Assembly: GCA_965228475.1 (NCBI GenBank) | Contig: OZ245817.1 | Span: forward strand, 4,352,001-4,416,000 | DNA: 64,000 nucleotides | Direction: 5' to 3' | Source of the DNA: Myxococcota bacterium | GTDB lineage: Bacteria > Myxococcota_A > UBA9160 > JAFDDA01 | In this document: positions 19,228 to 29,550 of the stretch, piece after piece | Position numbering within the stretch: position 1 is the stretch's first letter | How the letters are laid out: each line of letters starts with the position of its first letter | Notes under the pieces: generated by a model | The model's input: only the letters and a program-made list of their open reading frames with translations | What the model was told of the DNA's origin: nothing | The model's database searches: none | Made by a program: the position numbers and the translations under genes

Positions 19228-19383
19228 CGCGTTCGACGCGCCGCCTAACGGATCAGGCCTTCAGCAGCGCCGAGGGCGCTGACTCTCAACGCCGCACTAC
19301 CGAGACCGACGCCAGAATCCTACCACGCCACTTTGGGCCCGAGCCCTTGGCGTCTGCTGTAGGGCCTTGTTGGGCGGCGGGCC

Positions 19384-19809
19384 CTAGAGTGAGCAGGCAG
19401 AAACCAGAGCTAGCCGAGATGGAACGCCGGGCACCCACCCTCTAGCGAGAACGAGAGACAAGATGAAGGCTGCAAGGACCGCCAGCGCGACCGCAGCACC
19501 TTCCTGGATTCCCCTCGATCGGTCGCTGATCGCAGCTCTGCGCTCACTGCCCCGGAGAATCGAAAAGTTGACGGCTGCGATGAAAGCTATGACGAGGAGC
19601 AAAGCCAGACGGCTTGGCCAGACGCATGCGATACCTGACCACGCCAACAGGATTATGAGTGACTGCAGCAAGAGCAGCTGAAGCACGCAATGGCACGCAC
19701 CAACGGAGATGATCGGATTCAGGTCGTCGCTATTGAGGTAGTGCCGACCAAAGAGACGAGAGAGTGAATCGTAGACTCGCCCGATCAAGGGTTCCGCGAC
19801 GCCGCCCAA
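19384..19809 (-). CDS. Cassette membrane protein
   Basis: Hydrophobic; TTG start lies inside the core site. Confidence 0.55.
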   Translation of the reverse strand: MGGVAEPLIGRVYDSLSRLFGRHYLNSDDLNPIISVGACHCVLQLLLLQSLIILLAWSGIACVWPSRLALLLVIAFIAAVNFSILRGSERRAAISDRSRGIQEGAAVALAVLAAFILSLVLARGWVPGVPSRLALVSACSL

Positions 19810-19931
19810 CGGATCAGGCCTTCAGCGGCGCCAAGGGCGCTGACACTCAGCGCTGCACCACCGAGGCCGACGCCAGGATCCTACCACGGCACTCTTGGGC
19901 CCAAGCCCTTGGCGTCCGCTGGAAGGCCTTG

Positions 19932-20336
19932 TTAGGCGGCTCCCACGGTCCCGGAGATGCGCAGCAGAGCCGGTGCGGGGCACGAGAAGCTCGCTGTGAG
20001 ATTCCAGCCGGTGGAGTCCTTGGGTCGAAGACTCGAACTGTCGAGCGCCAGTCTGATACGAGCGTGACCCTGAGGAGCTATTGCGCCGGACAGAAAGAAC
20101 CTCTTGTCAGTTGACTGCAAGGAGCACTCGCCCTTGAGGCGTTTCTGGCAGTGTTTGGCAGCCGCGAAGAACGCGTCGAGGTCACGATTTCTGAACTCAA
20201 CCTCAATTGATGAGGACACGCCCCGAACCTGGACCCTGGCCTTTCCGGTCCGGCGACTGCCGTCTCCGGGCGGATGGCTAGGCAACGAGACTTTGACCTG
20301 CTCGTTCTGGCCGACAATGAAATCGAGCCGGCTCAC
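19932..20336 (-). CDS. Cassette hypothetical protein
   Basis: Fills the cassette; stop lies in R''. Confidence 0.65.
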   Translation of the reverse strand: MSRLDFIVGQNEQVKVSLPSHPPGDGSRRTGKARVQVRGVSSSIEVEFRNRDLDAFFAAAKHCQKRLKGECSLQSTDKRFFLSGAIAPQGHARIRLALDSSSLRPKDSTGWNLTASFSCPAPALLRISGTVGAA

Positions 20337-20503
20337 ACCACCTGCCGCCTAACGGATCAGGCCTTCAGCGGCGCCAAGGGCGCTGACACTCAGCGCTGCA
20401 CCACCGCGACCGATGCCAAAATCCTACCACGACACATTTGATCAGAAGCCCTTGGCGTCCGCTGCAAGGCCTTGTTAGGTGGCTGGCGACCCCAGCCCTC
20501 GCT

Positions 20504-20863
20504 CTAAAGGCTTGCCCCATGCCCTTGGCGCTCAAAGAGCAAGGCAACGGCCCCTACAAGGAACGCCGCTGGAGTGAGCAACAGCTCTGGTGAGGGTATG
20601 GCGATGAATCTTCCGAGCTCTCCGAATGACCCCACGCCGAAGACGAACAAGAAGAAGCCGTCTGTCTTTCGGTCGCGCGCGGTTGCGAAAATGAAGCCGA
20701 TGCCTATTCGCAGCAGTCCACCCAGGAGCCACATTGCCGAAAGATCGACTGGAGCGTCGAGCCTCCACGCACCGAACGCATCCCACGCATCTGCGAATCC
20801 GGAACCGATGCCCAGGCCGCCCGCTGCCACTCGAAGCGCTCCCGGCGTCACCGTTCCAGCCAC
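20504..20863 (-). CDS. Cassette membrane protein
   Basis: Hydrophobic; GTG overlaps the core GTTAGGTG. Confidence 0.6.
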   Translation of the reverse strand: MAGTVTPGALRVAAGGLGIGSGFADAWDAFGAWRLDAPVDLSAMWLLGGLLRIGIGFIFATARDRKTDGFFLFVFGVGSFGELGRFIAIPSPELLLTPAAFLVGAVALLFERQGHGASL

Positions 20864-21006
20864 CTAACGGATCAGGCCTTCAGCGGCGCCAGGGGCGCTG
20901 ACACTCAGCGCTGCGCCACCGTGACCGATGCCAAAATCCTACCACGCCGCATTTGATCACGAGCCCTTGGCGTCCGCTGCAAGGCCTTGTTGGGCGGCTG
21001 CTCAAG

Positions 21007-21294
21007 CTATTTCTTGATGTCGTTGGGGCAAGCTTTTTCTGGCTCGCTACCAGCATAAATTGTGCCGTCTTGGCAGGTGATGACAGTTCCGCGCTGCGCA
21101 GCGGGGGACGCGCTCCCGCTACTTGCAGAACCGGAGTTCGACTGACACGCACGGTGCTTCGCGTGGTTGTGTACGTGGTAGCCGCCACGCTTGCGATCAT
21201 GGTGCCCACCGCACCGATCCGTTCCGCCGCTGTGAGCTAGCGCGACATGGGGTGAAACTAGGGAAAGACAGAGGGAGAGAACGGCGAATCGCAT
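21007..21294 (-). CDS. Secreted YHYH-domain small protein
   Basis: Signal peptide ending ALA, then HSGGTDRCGGHHDRKRGGYHVH. Confidence 0.75.
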   Translation of the reverse strand: MRFAVLSLCLSLVSPHVALAHSGGTDRCGGHHDRKRGGYHVHNHAKHRACQSNSGSASSGSASPAAQRGTVITCQDGTIYAGSEPEKACPNDIKK

Positions 21295-21448
21295 CTCATG
21301 CCGCCCAACGGATCAGGCCTTCAGCAGCGCCGAGGGCGCTGACTCTCAACGCCGCACTACCGAGGCCGACGCCAGAATCCTACCACGCAGCGTTTGGGCA
21401 CGAGCCCTTGGCGTCTGCTGCAAGGCCTTGTTAGGCGGCCAGGCGAGC

Positions 21449-21718
21449 CTACACCTCTGGATCGAACTCTCCGGTCGCGAGGAAGGTGAGCTCGCGATCC
21501 GAGAACTCAGACTCTTGAAGTAGCCAACGGGCTCGGTGAGCCGACTCCGCGCCAACCGAGAGCAGTACCTTTGTGGGGACGGCCGCGACAGACTGGATGA
21601 CATAGACCGACGAGAAGACTCCGCCCGATTGGAGCATGCCTTGTACGACCTCGGCGGTACCCATCGAGTCGAACTCCAAGACGAACTCACCATCGGGGAC
21701 AGGGTCGTCGTCGCTCAT
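21449..21718 (-). CDS. Cassette small protein (DUF2007-like)
   Basis: AEVVQGMLQSGGV...LSVGAESAHRARWLL. Confidence 0.65.
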   Translation of the reverse strand: MSDDDPVPDGEFVLEFDSMGTAEVVQGMLQSGGVFSSVYVIQSVAAVPTKVLLSVGAESAHRARWLLQESEFSDRELTFLATGEFDPEV

Positions 21719-21855
21719 GCCGCCTAACGGATCAGGCCGTCAGCAGCGCCGAGGGCGCTGACATTCAGCGCTGCGCCACCGCGACCGACGCCAGAATCCT
21801 ACCACGCTGCGTTTGGGCATAAGCCCTCGGCGTCTGCTGCACGGCCTTGTTGGGC

Positions 21856-22171
21856 GGGAAGCCGCGCCCTACCGCTGCGCACAACGCAAAGCGACTTGCC
21901 CCCAGCCGAAGCCCTCCCCTTTGCTCGCAACGGCTCGTGATGCGCAGCCTCACGGGACGCCAGAAACCGGACCTGCGAGGAGCTCGCGCCAGGGCGCGAA
22001 CCCGCTCGCCGACGCGCTAGAGCCCAAGGCCAGACGCCGAGGCGCGACGGGCCCTGGACAGCCACACCGGCGAAGACGGCGAGTGACATGACGTTGGCAA
22101 ACTGGAAGAGGTGAGAAGGGAAAGAACGTTCGGGCCGACACTGAAACCAAGAAAAGAATCGACTGCTTGCC
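21856..22171 (-). other. ORF-less cassette, family C
   Basis: No credible ORF; same strand skew as family A and a shared ctgaaacca-gaaa-gaa block. Confidence 0.65.
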
Positions 22172-22305
22172 GCCCAACGGATCAGGCCTTCAGCAGCGCC
22201 GAGGGCGCTGAACCTCAACGCCGCACTACCGAGACCGACGCCAGAATCCTACCACGCTGCCTTTGGGCAGACGCCCTTGGCGTCTGCTGCAAGGCCTTGT
22301 TAGGC

Positions 22306-22663
22306 GGCGGCTAACGTTCTCACTGTAAGAGGCGCGACGAAATAGGATTCTTGAACACGAAGCCGAGTGAGCCACCCGACCAGGGCTCAAACGAACACGA
22401 CGTAGCGCGACGTAGGACCCTCAGAGCCCGATGCCGCGCCCAGCCGAAGGAGCCGCAGCGAAGCCAGGCACCCCGAAGCCTGCCCCCCGAGGAGCCGGAG
22501 TGATTGCCTGCCGGAACCGGTGCACGCCACCGAGCCGTGGAGCCGAGAACCCTGGAACGAGCCCGGCTCGAGGTAGCGCCTCACCATGAGCTCGCTGAAA
22601 CCAGAAAGAAGAACGCTTCGGAAAGGCGAGCTGCACCTGGCTGAGGAAGCCTGCAGGCAAGCC
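22306..22663 (-). other. ORF-less cassette, family A copy 2
   Basis: Two substitutions seen relative to 16789-17146; carries the same attC variant. Confidence 0.8.
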
Positions 22664-22797
22664 GCCTAACGGATCAGGCCTTCAGCAGCGCCGAGGGCGC
22701 TGTCTCTCAACGCCGCACTACCGAGACCGACGCCAGAATCCTACCACGCAGCATTTGGGCAGAAGCCCTCGGCGTCTGCTGGAAGGCCTTGTTGGGC

Positions 22798-24725
22798 AGC
22801 AGCCACGAACCAACCTCCCCTCTTGAGCGCAGACTGTGCTCAAGAGACCGGAGCCTCCAGAAACGACAACGACAGATCTGGACGAGTGAGCCACTCGAGC
22901 ACCGGCGATGAGCAGCCAAGGCGGCGACCTAGGATGAAACCAGGCCCTTGCCCTGCCCCGCTCGGCTTGGCGGCTACGACGCCAGACGCCGACAAAGCCA
23001 CGGTGCGCAACGCACCGGGAGACCGAGACAGATGCGCCGAGGAATCAGCCGAGAATCCTAGTGCGAACTCGGTCTGAGATCTGAGCCGAAGATCTGAACA
23101 AAGAACCCGAAACCAAGCCGCTCTCGAGCAAGGAGCGTTCACTCAGGATGCGCAGCAGAACGCTGCCCAACGGATCAGGCCTTCAGCAGCGCCGAGGGCG
23201 CTGACTCTCAACGCCGCACTACCGAGACCGACGCCAGAATCCTACCACGCACCAATTGGGCATGAGCCCTTGGCGTCTGCTGATAGGCTTTGTTGGGCAG
23301 CTGTCACGAACAGCCACCACCCAACGCAGGCCGTGCTCACGAAGAACCTGAGCCTCCAGAAAGAACAGCGACAGATCTGGCCGAGTGAGCCGCCAGAACA
23401 GCACCGACGAGCAGCCGAAGCAGAGGAGACGACCCGCCAAGGGCCGAACAGAGGATGAAACCAGGCTCTTGCCCTGCCCCGCTGCGCCTGGCCGCCACGA
23501 CGCCAGACGCCGACAGAGCCACGGTGCGCAACGCACCGGACGACCGAAGCACAGGCGCCGAGAAACCAGCCGAGAATCCTAGTGCGAACTCGCCATGTGA
23601 CCTGGGCCGAAGATCTGAACAAAGAACCCGAAACCAAGCCGCTCTCGGGCAAAGAGCGTGAACTCAGGATGCGCAGCAGATCGCTGCCCAACGGATCAGG
23701 CCTTCAGCGGCGCCGAGGGCGCTGACACTCAGCGCTGCACCACCGTGGCCGACGCCAGAATCCTACCACGAGACTTTGAACCCGAGCCCTTGGCGTCCGC
23801 TGCAAGGCTTTGTTGGGCAGCTGTCACGAACAGCCACCACCCAACGCAGCCCGTGCTCACGAGGAACCTGAGCCTCCAGAAAGACAACGACAGATATGGG
23901 CGAGTGAGCCACAAGAGCTGCGCCAGCGAGCAGCCGAAACAAAGGCGACGAGCTCCCGGGGCTCGAACCGAGGATGAAACCAGGCTCTTGCCCTGCCCCG
24001 CTCGGCCTGGCCGCCACGACGCCAGACGCCGACAAAGCCACAGTGCGCAACGCACCGGACGACCGAAACAGATGAGCCGAGAACTCAGCCGAGAATCCTA
24101 GTGCGAACTCGCCGTGCGATTCGGGCCGAAGACCTAAACAGAGAACCCGAAACCGAGCCGCTCTTGGGCAAGGAGCGTGAACCCAGGATGCGCAGCAGAT
24201 CGCTGCCCAACGGATCAGGCCTTCAGCAGCGCCGAGGGCGCTGACTCTCAACGCCGCACTACCGAGACCGACGCCAGGATCCTACCACGCAGCATTTGGG
24301 CACAAGCCCTTGGCGTCTGCTGAAAGGCTTTGTTGGGCAGCTGTCACGAACGGCCACCACCCAACGCAGGCCGTGCTCACGAGGAACCTGAGCCTCCAGA
24401 AAGAACAACGACAGATCTGGCCGAGTGAGCCGCCAGAGCAGCACCGACGAGCAGCCGAAGCAGAGGCGACGACCTGCCAAGGGCCGGACAGAGGAGGAAC
24501 CCAGGCCCTTGCCCTGCCCCGCTCGGCCTGGCCGCAACGACGCCAGACGCCGACAAAGCCACGGTGCGCAACGCACCGGACGACCGAAACAGATGCGCCG
24601 AGAAATCAGCCGAGAATCCTAGTGCGAACTCGCCATGTGACCTGGGCCGAAGATCTGAACAAAGAACCCGAAACCAAGCCGCTCTCGGGCAAGGAGCATG
24701 AACTCAGGATGCGCAGCAGATCGCT
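22798..24725 (-). other. Four consecutive ORF-less cassettes, family B (22798-23164, 23299-23685, 23819-24204, 24339-24725)
   Basis: Homologous 367-387 bp bodies, each with its own attC; indels break all reading frames between copies. Confidence 0.85.
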
Positions 24726-24859
24726 GCCCAACGGATCAGCGTTAAGCGGCCGGCAACAGCGCCGACCGACTCCGCCGAGACACCGAAGTATGCCGCCAGA
24801 CGGCACCCAAGGTCAATTGAACGCAGCTGTTGACGGTCCGCTTCAACGCTTTGTTGGGC
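24726..24859 (-). repeat. attC, divergent family
   Basis: GCCCAAC aaagcgttgaagcggaccgtcaacagc...gctgttgccggccgcttaacgctgatcc GTTGGGC. Confidence 0.9.
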
Positions 24860-24894
24860 GGCACGCGCTCCTCCCGGCCGAGTGTAAGGGAAGG

Positions 24895-25509
24895 CTAGGG
24901 TTTGGCCGGACGCTGGTCGATGAGGCCCAGGCGAGCCACTCGGCTCTGGGGCTCGAGCACGGCTCCGGGCGCGATCACCGCATTCGCTCCAATCCGTGAC
25001 CCGTCGCCGATGAGCGCGCCGAACTTCTCAACCCCGGTATCGACGGTTGCGTCGCGCCAGACGAAGCGAATCCGCTTCTCGGTCAGTTCGTTTCGGTAGT
25101 TCGCGACCTTCGCACCGGCTTCGACGTTCACATCAGTACCGAGAATCGAGTCACCCACGAAACTGAGGTGAGCGACCTTGGAGGCTCTCAGCATAAACGT
25201 GGATTTCAGCTCGCACGCAGGCCCAACAATGCATGCCTCACCCACGAAGACGCCGCCTCGAAGGTAGGCGCCCGCCGCGACGAGTGAGTTCGCGCCCACG
25301 ATTGCAGGGCCCTTGACCACCGCGCCACGCTCAATCTCTGCGGATCTGTGGACGGCAACGTCGCCTTCGATCTCGAAGTCGGCGGGTAGCCCTCGGATCG
25401 CGGCTGCGACTAGCTCCGCCGACGTCGAGGTGGGCAGCCATGGATCTCCTTCGACATGGCCGAACGGGCTCGACACCCATTCAGAGGCGAAGTCTGCAAT
25501 GCGGATCAT
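24895..25509 (-). CDS. Hexapeptide-repeat (left-handed beta-helix, GlmU C-terminal-like) transferase
   Basis: GAVVKGPAIVG, AHLSFVGDSILG and KFGALIGDGSRIGANAV; may start at TTG 25530. Confidence 0.9.
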   Translation of the reverse strand: MIRIADFASEWVSSPFGHVEGDPWLPTSTSAELVAAAIRGLPADFEIEGDVAVHRSAEIERGAVVKGPAIVGANSLVAAGAYLRGGVFVGEACIVGPACELKSTFMLRASKVAHLSFVGDSILGTDVNVEAGAKVANYRNELTEKRIRFVWRDATVDTGVEKFGALIGDGSRIGANAVIAPGAVLEPQSRVARLGLIDQRPAKP

Positions 25510-25670
25510 GCTGTGAACCGTGCCGCCCAACGGATCAGGCCTTCAGCAGCGCCGAGGGCGCTGACTCTCAGCGCTGCACTACCGAGACCGACGCTAGGAT
25601 CCTACCACGCGGCGTTTGGGCAGATGCCCTTGGCGTCTGCTGCAAGGCCTTGTTAGGCGGCCGGGCGCGC

Positions 25671-26312
25671 CTAGGCCGAGCTGCTCACGAAGGTCGCGAG
25701 GTTCCATGTGCCGTGAGCAAAGACCGCAGGAACGACGCTCCTAGTGTGGACTCGAGCAGCCGACAGGACTGCACCGAGAGCAGCCAGCGTGAGAAGAGTG
25801 GTGGGGTTCTCGGCGCCATGTAAGAGCAGCCAGGGGACGAGGGCCAGAACAGAAGCGAGGACTTCACCTCCAACCGCTGGTGCAAGAATGGACGTTGCGA
25901 AGCCTCGGTAGAGGAACTCTTCGATGGCAGGGCCAACTACGATAGCCACGATCGCCAGAAGAAGAGGCGCAGCTTCTGCGTTGAGCGAAGCAGTGCGTTC
26001 TGAGCTGGAGCCGATCGCTGTGCAAGCGAGCCACGTGAGCCCGCCCGCCAGCGACCAGAGCACTACGCCCCGCGCCGATACGTGGCGGACGGCGAAAACC
26101 GCCCGAACGCTGCACCACTGCGCGCCAACGAGTGCGGCTGCGACGACAGCCATGGCGCCACTGACGACGATGGAGACCAGGAACACGTCCGACCCGCTCC
26201 CGCCGACCAACCCGGAGAGAATGCTTGGGGTCAGCAACAGGAGAGCGAAGTGGGCGGCCACAACGCTGGCGACGGCGAGAAGACGACGATGCTGTGGTTC
26301 GTGCGCGGTCAA
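25671..26312 (-). CDS. CPBP (Abi/CAAX) intramembrane glutamic endopeptidase
   Basis: EEFLYRG, LLH and AHGTWN motifs. Confidence 0.88.
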   Translation of the reverse strand: MTAHEPQHRRLLAVASVVAAHFALLLLTPSILSGLVGGSGSDVFLVSIVVSGAMAVVAAALVGAQWCSVRAVFAVRHVSARGVVLWSLAGGLTWLACTAIGSSSERTASLNAEAAPLLLAIVAIVVGPAIEEFLYRGFATSILAPAVGGEVLASVLALVPWLLLHGAENPTTLLTLAALGAVLSAARVHTRSVVPAVFAHGTWNLATFVSSSA

Positions 26313-26470
26313 TAGGCCGCCTAACGGATCAGGCCTTCAGCAGCGCCGAGGGCGCTGACTCTCAACGCCGCACTACTGAGACCGCCGCCAGAATCCTACC
26401 ACGCAGCGTTTGGGCATGAGCCCTTGGCGTCTGCTGCAAGGCCTTGTTGGGCGGCGGCAGGAGATGACAC

Positions 26471-26824
26471 TCACGCATCCTCTTCCTGGAACGCGGCGAT
26501 CTCCCGTAAAAATTGATCGAGCTTCGGATCGAAGAGGCCCTTCACGAGGCAGAGGATCGAGACCGTGGTGGTGTGGTCATCCCACTCCTCAGGTCTCGTG
26601 CGAGAGGCATTGATGTTGAGCAACCCCTGGCCGGCCTTCCTTGGACCCTCCCAGATTGGATCAACCGTGTAGGTCAGAAAGAGCTGACGCCCATACGATG
26701 CGCGGCGGGACTCAAGCAACCACTGCTCATCGCACCACCAGTCGGGCGAAGAGTCCTCGATCGAGACGAGCTCCCAACCTCCGTGGACCAGTCCAGAGAG
26801 AATTCTCTCCTTGTACTTCGCCAC
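26471..26824 (-). CDS. Cassette hypothetical protein
   Basis: DWWCDEQWLLES...FLTYTVDPIWEG; fills the cassette. Confidence 0.7.
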   Translation of the reverse strand: MAKYKERILSGLVHGGWELVSIEDSSPDWWCDEQWLLESRRASYGRQLFLTYTVDPIWEGPRKAGQGLLNINASRTRPEEWDDHTTTVSILCLVKGLFDPKLDQFLREIAAFQEEDA

Positions 26825-26982
26825 GCGCCGCCGCCCAACGGATCAGGCCTTCAGCGGCGCCAAGGGCGCTGACACTCAGCGCTGCTCCACCGTGGCCGAC
26901 GCCAGAATCCTACCACGACACTTTGAACCCGAGCCCTTGACGTCCGCTGCAAGGCCTTGTTGGGCTGCAAGGCGAGAACGCC

Positions 26983-27366
26983 CTAGAACAAGGCGAGCAC
27001 CCGAGGGCCGAACACGAGAAGCCCAATGAAGACTGCCCCGATGGCCGCGATGAGAACTGCACCAGCTGCGACGTCCTTCGCGCGCTCTACCATTGGATGG
27101 AACTCAGGGGACGCGACGTCACAGAGGGACTCGAAGGCCGTATTGAGGGCCTCGGCGCTCCACACCGCAACGATGGCGAGGGTTAGAGCGAGCCACTCAC
27201 CTCGGCCGACCTGAAAATAGAGACCGGCCGCCACGACTACGACTGAGGCCAGCGCGTGGATCCAGGCGTTGTGCTGAGACCTCAGCATGACGCCGATGCC
27301 ACGCAACGCGTACTGAATGCTGCGGAGGCGCTCGGTTAGGCTGAATCGTCCCAGCTTGCTGCCCAA
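26983..27366 (-). CDS. dgkA: Diacylglycerol/undecaprenol kinase family protein
   Basis: AEALNTAFE and AKDVAAGAVL motifs; TTG start lies within the core. Confidence 0.9.
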   Translation of the reverse strand: MGSKLGRFSLTERLRSIQYALRGIGVMLRSQHNAWIHALASVVVVAAGLYFQVGRGEWLALTLAIVAVWSAEALNTAFESLCDVASPEFHPMVERAKDVAAGAVLIAAIGAVFIGLLVFGPRVLALF

Positions 27367-27544
27367 CGGATCAGGCCTTCAGCGGCGCCAAGGGCGCTGA
27401 CACTCAGCGCTGCGCCACCGTGGCCGACGCCAGGATCCTACCACGCCACTTTGGGCCCGAGCCCTTGGCGTCCGCTGTAAGGCCTTGTTAGGTGGCTGCC
27501 CGAGGGAACTCAGGCTCAACTCGAGCGTAAGCGGAGAACTCACC

Positions 27545-27778
27545 TTAGACGAGAAGAAGTGCCGCTATTGCGAGAAGGGTTGCTCCCCCCAGGAACACAC
27601 ATACGATTTCTTGACGGGCCGAGACTGCCTTAGGTGGGTAGTGTCCGAGCGAAACGACGCGCAAGACAACGAGACCAACGAAACTGCAGGCGCCTATGAC
27701 CCCCGCGGCGGCCGCCTCTAGCAGACCAACTAGTGCCTGGAGCACGTAGACGACGAGTTCGAGCAGATCGATGAGCAC
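27545..27778 (-). CDS. Cassette small membrane protein
   Basis: Hydrophobic 77-aa ORF containing VSLGHYPP. Confidence 0.55.
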   Translation of the reverse strand: MLIDLLELVVYVLQALVGLLEAAAAGVIGACSFVGLVVLRVVSLGHYPPKAVSARQEIVCVFLGGATLLAIAALLLV

Positions 27779-27969
27779 GAGACGGCACCAGTGGTGTCAG
27801 CGCAGCGTCCGATAGTCGCCTTTGCCACCTAACGGATCAGGCCTTCAGCAGCGCCGAGGGCGCTGACTCTCAACGCCGCACCACCGAGGCCGACGCCAGA
27901 ATCCTACCACGCAGCGTTTGGGCATGAGCCCTTGGCGTCTGCTGATAGGCCTTGTTAGGTGGCTGAGCT

Positions 27970-28317
27970 CTAGCGGCTCGACGAGGCTGACACGAGAGCG
28001 AACACCGAAAGGCACCCGAGCCCCATGAGGAAATAGCCCGCGCGATACGCTCGACGGTGCCACGGTGACATGCTGGACGACCCGAAAGAGATCCGAACTC
28101 CAGACCGGACGACGGATAGCTTGGCGACCAAGAAGAGCGCGACACCTACGAAGAACGAACCAAGAGCGAGGTACGAGACGTCGCGGGGAGCTTGGTGTGC
28201 GTTGACGACGAACAGGGCCAAGACGAGGCCTACGGCTAGCGGCATCAAGACGATGAAGAAGTTGGCGAGAGCTTCCCGCTGGCCCACGGTGACGAACTCC
28301 TTCGTTCGACCAGCCAC
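27970..28317 (-). CDS. Cassette membrane protein
   Basis: LFLVAKLSV...ISFGSSSM...YRAGYFLM; GTG overlaps the core. Confidence 0.7.
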   Translation of the reverse strand: MAGRTKEFVTVGQREALANFFIVLMPLAVGLVLALFVVNAHQAPRDVSYLALGSFFVGVALFLVAKLSVVRSGVRISFGSSSMSPWHRRAYRAGYFLMGLGCLSVFALVSASSSR

Positions 28318-28443
28318 CTAACGGATCAGGCCTTCAGCGGCGCCGAGGGCGCTGACACTCAGCGCTGCACCACCGCGGCCGACGCCAGGATCCTACCACG
28401 CCGCATTTGGGCAGGAGCCCTTGGCGTCCGCTGCAAGGCCTTG

Positions 28444-28902
28444 TTAGGCAGCACGACTCGAAGTCTCTTGCCACATGCGAAAGAGGATGAAGGCTGCGAC
28501 GCACGCCATCAGGTCTGCGCCCACGAGCTGAACGGGCCTGGGTTCAGGCCACCATGAGAGGGCTGCATGGAAGCCGAAGAGCGAGAACCGCGGAAGCACA
28601 GCCATGGGTTCTGGGGAGAGGCGGAGGAAGATGGAGAAGATCAGTCCCGTAGAGAACTCGTAACGAAACCCACCGAGCACCACGGCGGGCACCGAGAGAA
28701 CCTGCACGACAAGCGAGCCAAGGATACCGGAACGAGAACGATAGAGACGAACGCCGAAGGCGAGACCGGCGGCGAAGAGCGAGAGCTGGAGAACAAGGAG
28801 AACCCAATAGAGCGGATGCGCCTTGGCAGGCACGGCGACCAATGACGCGGCGACAAGACCGAGGCCTAGCGTAGAGCCGAGGCACTGCTCAAGTGCGATC
28901 AC
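28444..28902 (-). CDS. Cassette membrane protein
   Basis: Hydrophobic; stop lies in R''. Confidence 0.6.
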   Translation of the reverse strand: MIALEQCLGSTLGLGLVAASLVAVPAKAHPLYWVLLVLQLSLFAAGLAFGVRLYRSRSGILGSLVVQVLSVPAVVLGGFRYEFSTGLIFSIFLRLSPEPMAVLPRFSLFGFHAALSWWPEPRPVQLVGADLMACVAAFILFRMWQETSSRAA

Positions 28903-29075
28903 ACGAACTAAGCGGCCATGACGTTCCAGCGTGCTGCCTAACGGATCAGGCCTTCAGCAGCGCCGAGGGCGCTGACCTTCAACGCCGCACTACCGAGACC
29001 GACGCCAGAATCCTACCACGCAGCGTTTGAGCATAAGCCCTTGGCGTCTGCTGGAAGGCCTTGTTGGGCTGCGCG

Positions 29076-29333
29076 CTACCGAGCAGCTGAAGGAAAGCCC
29101 CGAAGCAACCCGGCCACGCTCAAGTCCTCATCGAGGTCCGGCCAATGAATGCCCGCACCGTCTCCGAGGAACTCGTAGTTCTCTCTCTGCTCGACGGTTG
29201 CCCGAGCAAGCCTTGGAAACCAAGCAAGGGGAGCAGCAACACGACGGCCATCCGCAAGAACGACCATGAGCTCATCTTCTGAGAAAGAGAGCTCCTTAAC
29301 GCGGGGATCAACGCTCGGCTGCGAAGAACTCAT
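29076..29333 (-). CDS. DUF2442 domain protein (toxin-antitoxin partner)
   Basis: LADGRRVAAPLAWFPRL and GIHWPDLDEDLSV motifs. Confidence 0.9.
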   Translation of the reverse strand: MSSSQPSVDPRVKELSFSEDELMVVLADGRRVAAPLAWFPRLARATVEQRENYEFLGDGAGIHWPDLDEDLSVAGLLRGFPSAAR

Positions 29334-29550
29334 GCCAAGCCTCCTCGAACTGGTCACGGTGCTCCTCAACAAGACGCTCGATCCGACGTAGCTCGTGAGC
29401 AGCGAACCCGACGGAAGATGCTAGCGCGACAGGCCGAACCCAGAACTTGCACAAGGCTTGCTCACGCTGAACATGGATGTGGACCGGCTCTAACCCCTCG
29501 TTTGAAAAGAAGAAGAACCGATAAGGCCCGATTCGTTTAACCGTGGGCAT
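29308..29550 (-). CDS. DUF4160 domain protein (toxin-antitoxin partner)
   Basis: MPTV...GPYRFFFFSNEGLEPVHIHV...KFW...AWHEFF; overlaps the DUF2442 gene. Confidence 0.9.
   Translation of the reverse strand: MPTVKRIGPYRFFFFSNEGLEPVHIHVQREQALCKFWVRPVALASSVGFAAHELRRIERLVEEHRDQFEEAWHEFFAAER

Noticed and set aside
16870..24999. ORFs of 60-230 aa inside cassette families A, B and C
   Set aside because: Low-complexity composition, frames not conserved between homologous copies, and several simply run through attC.
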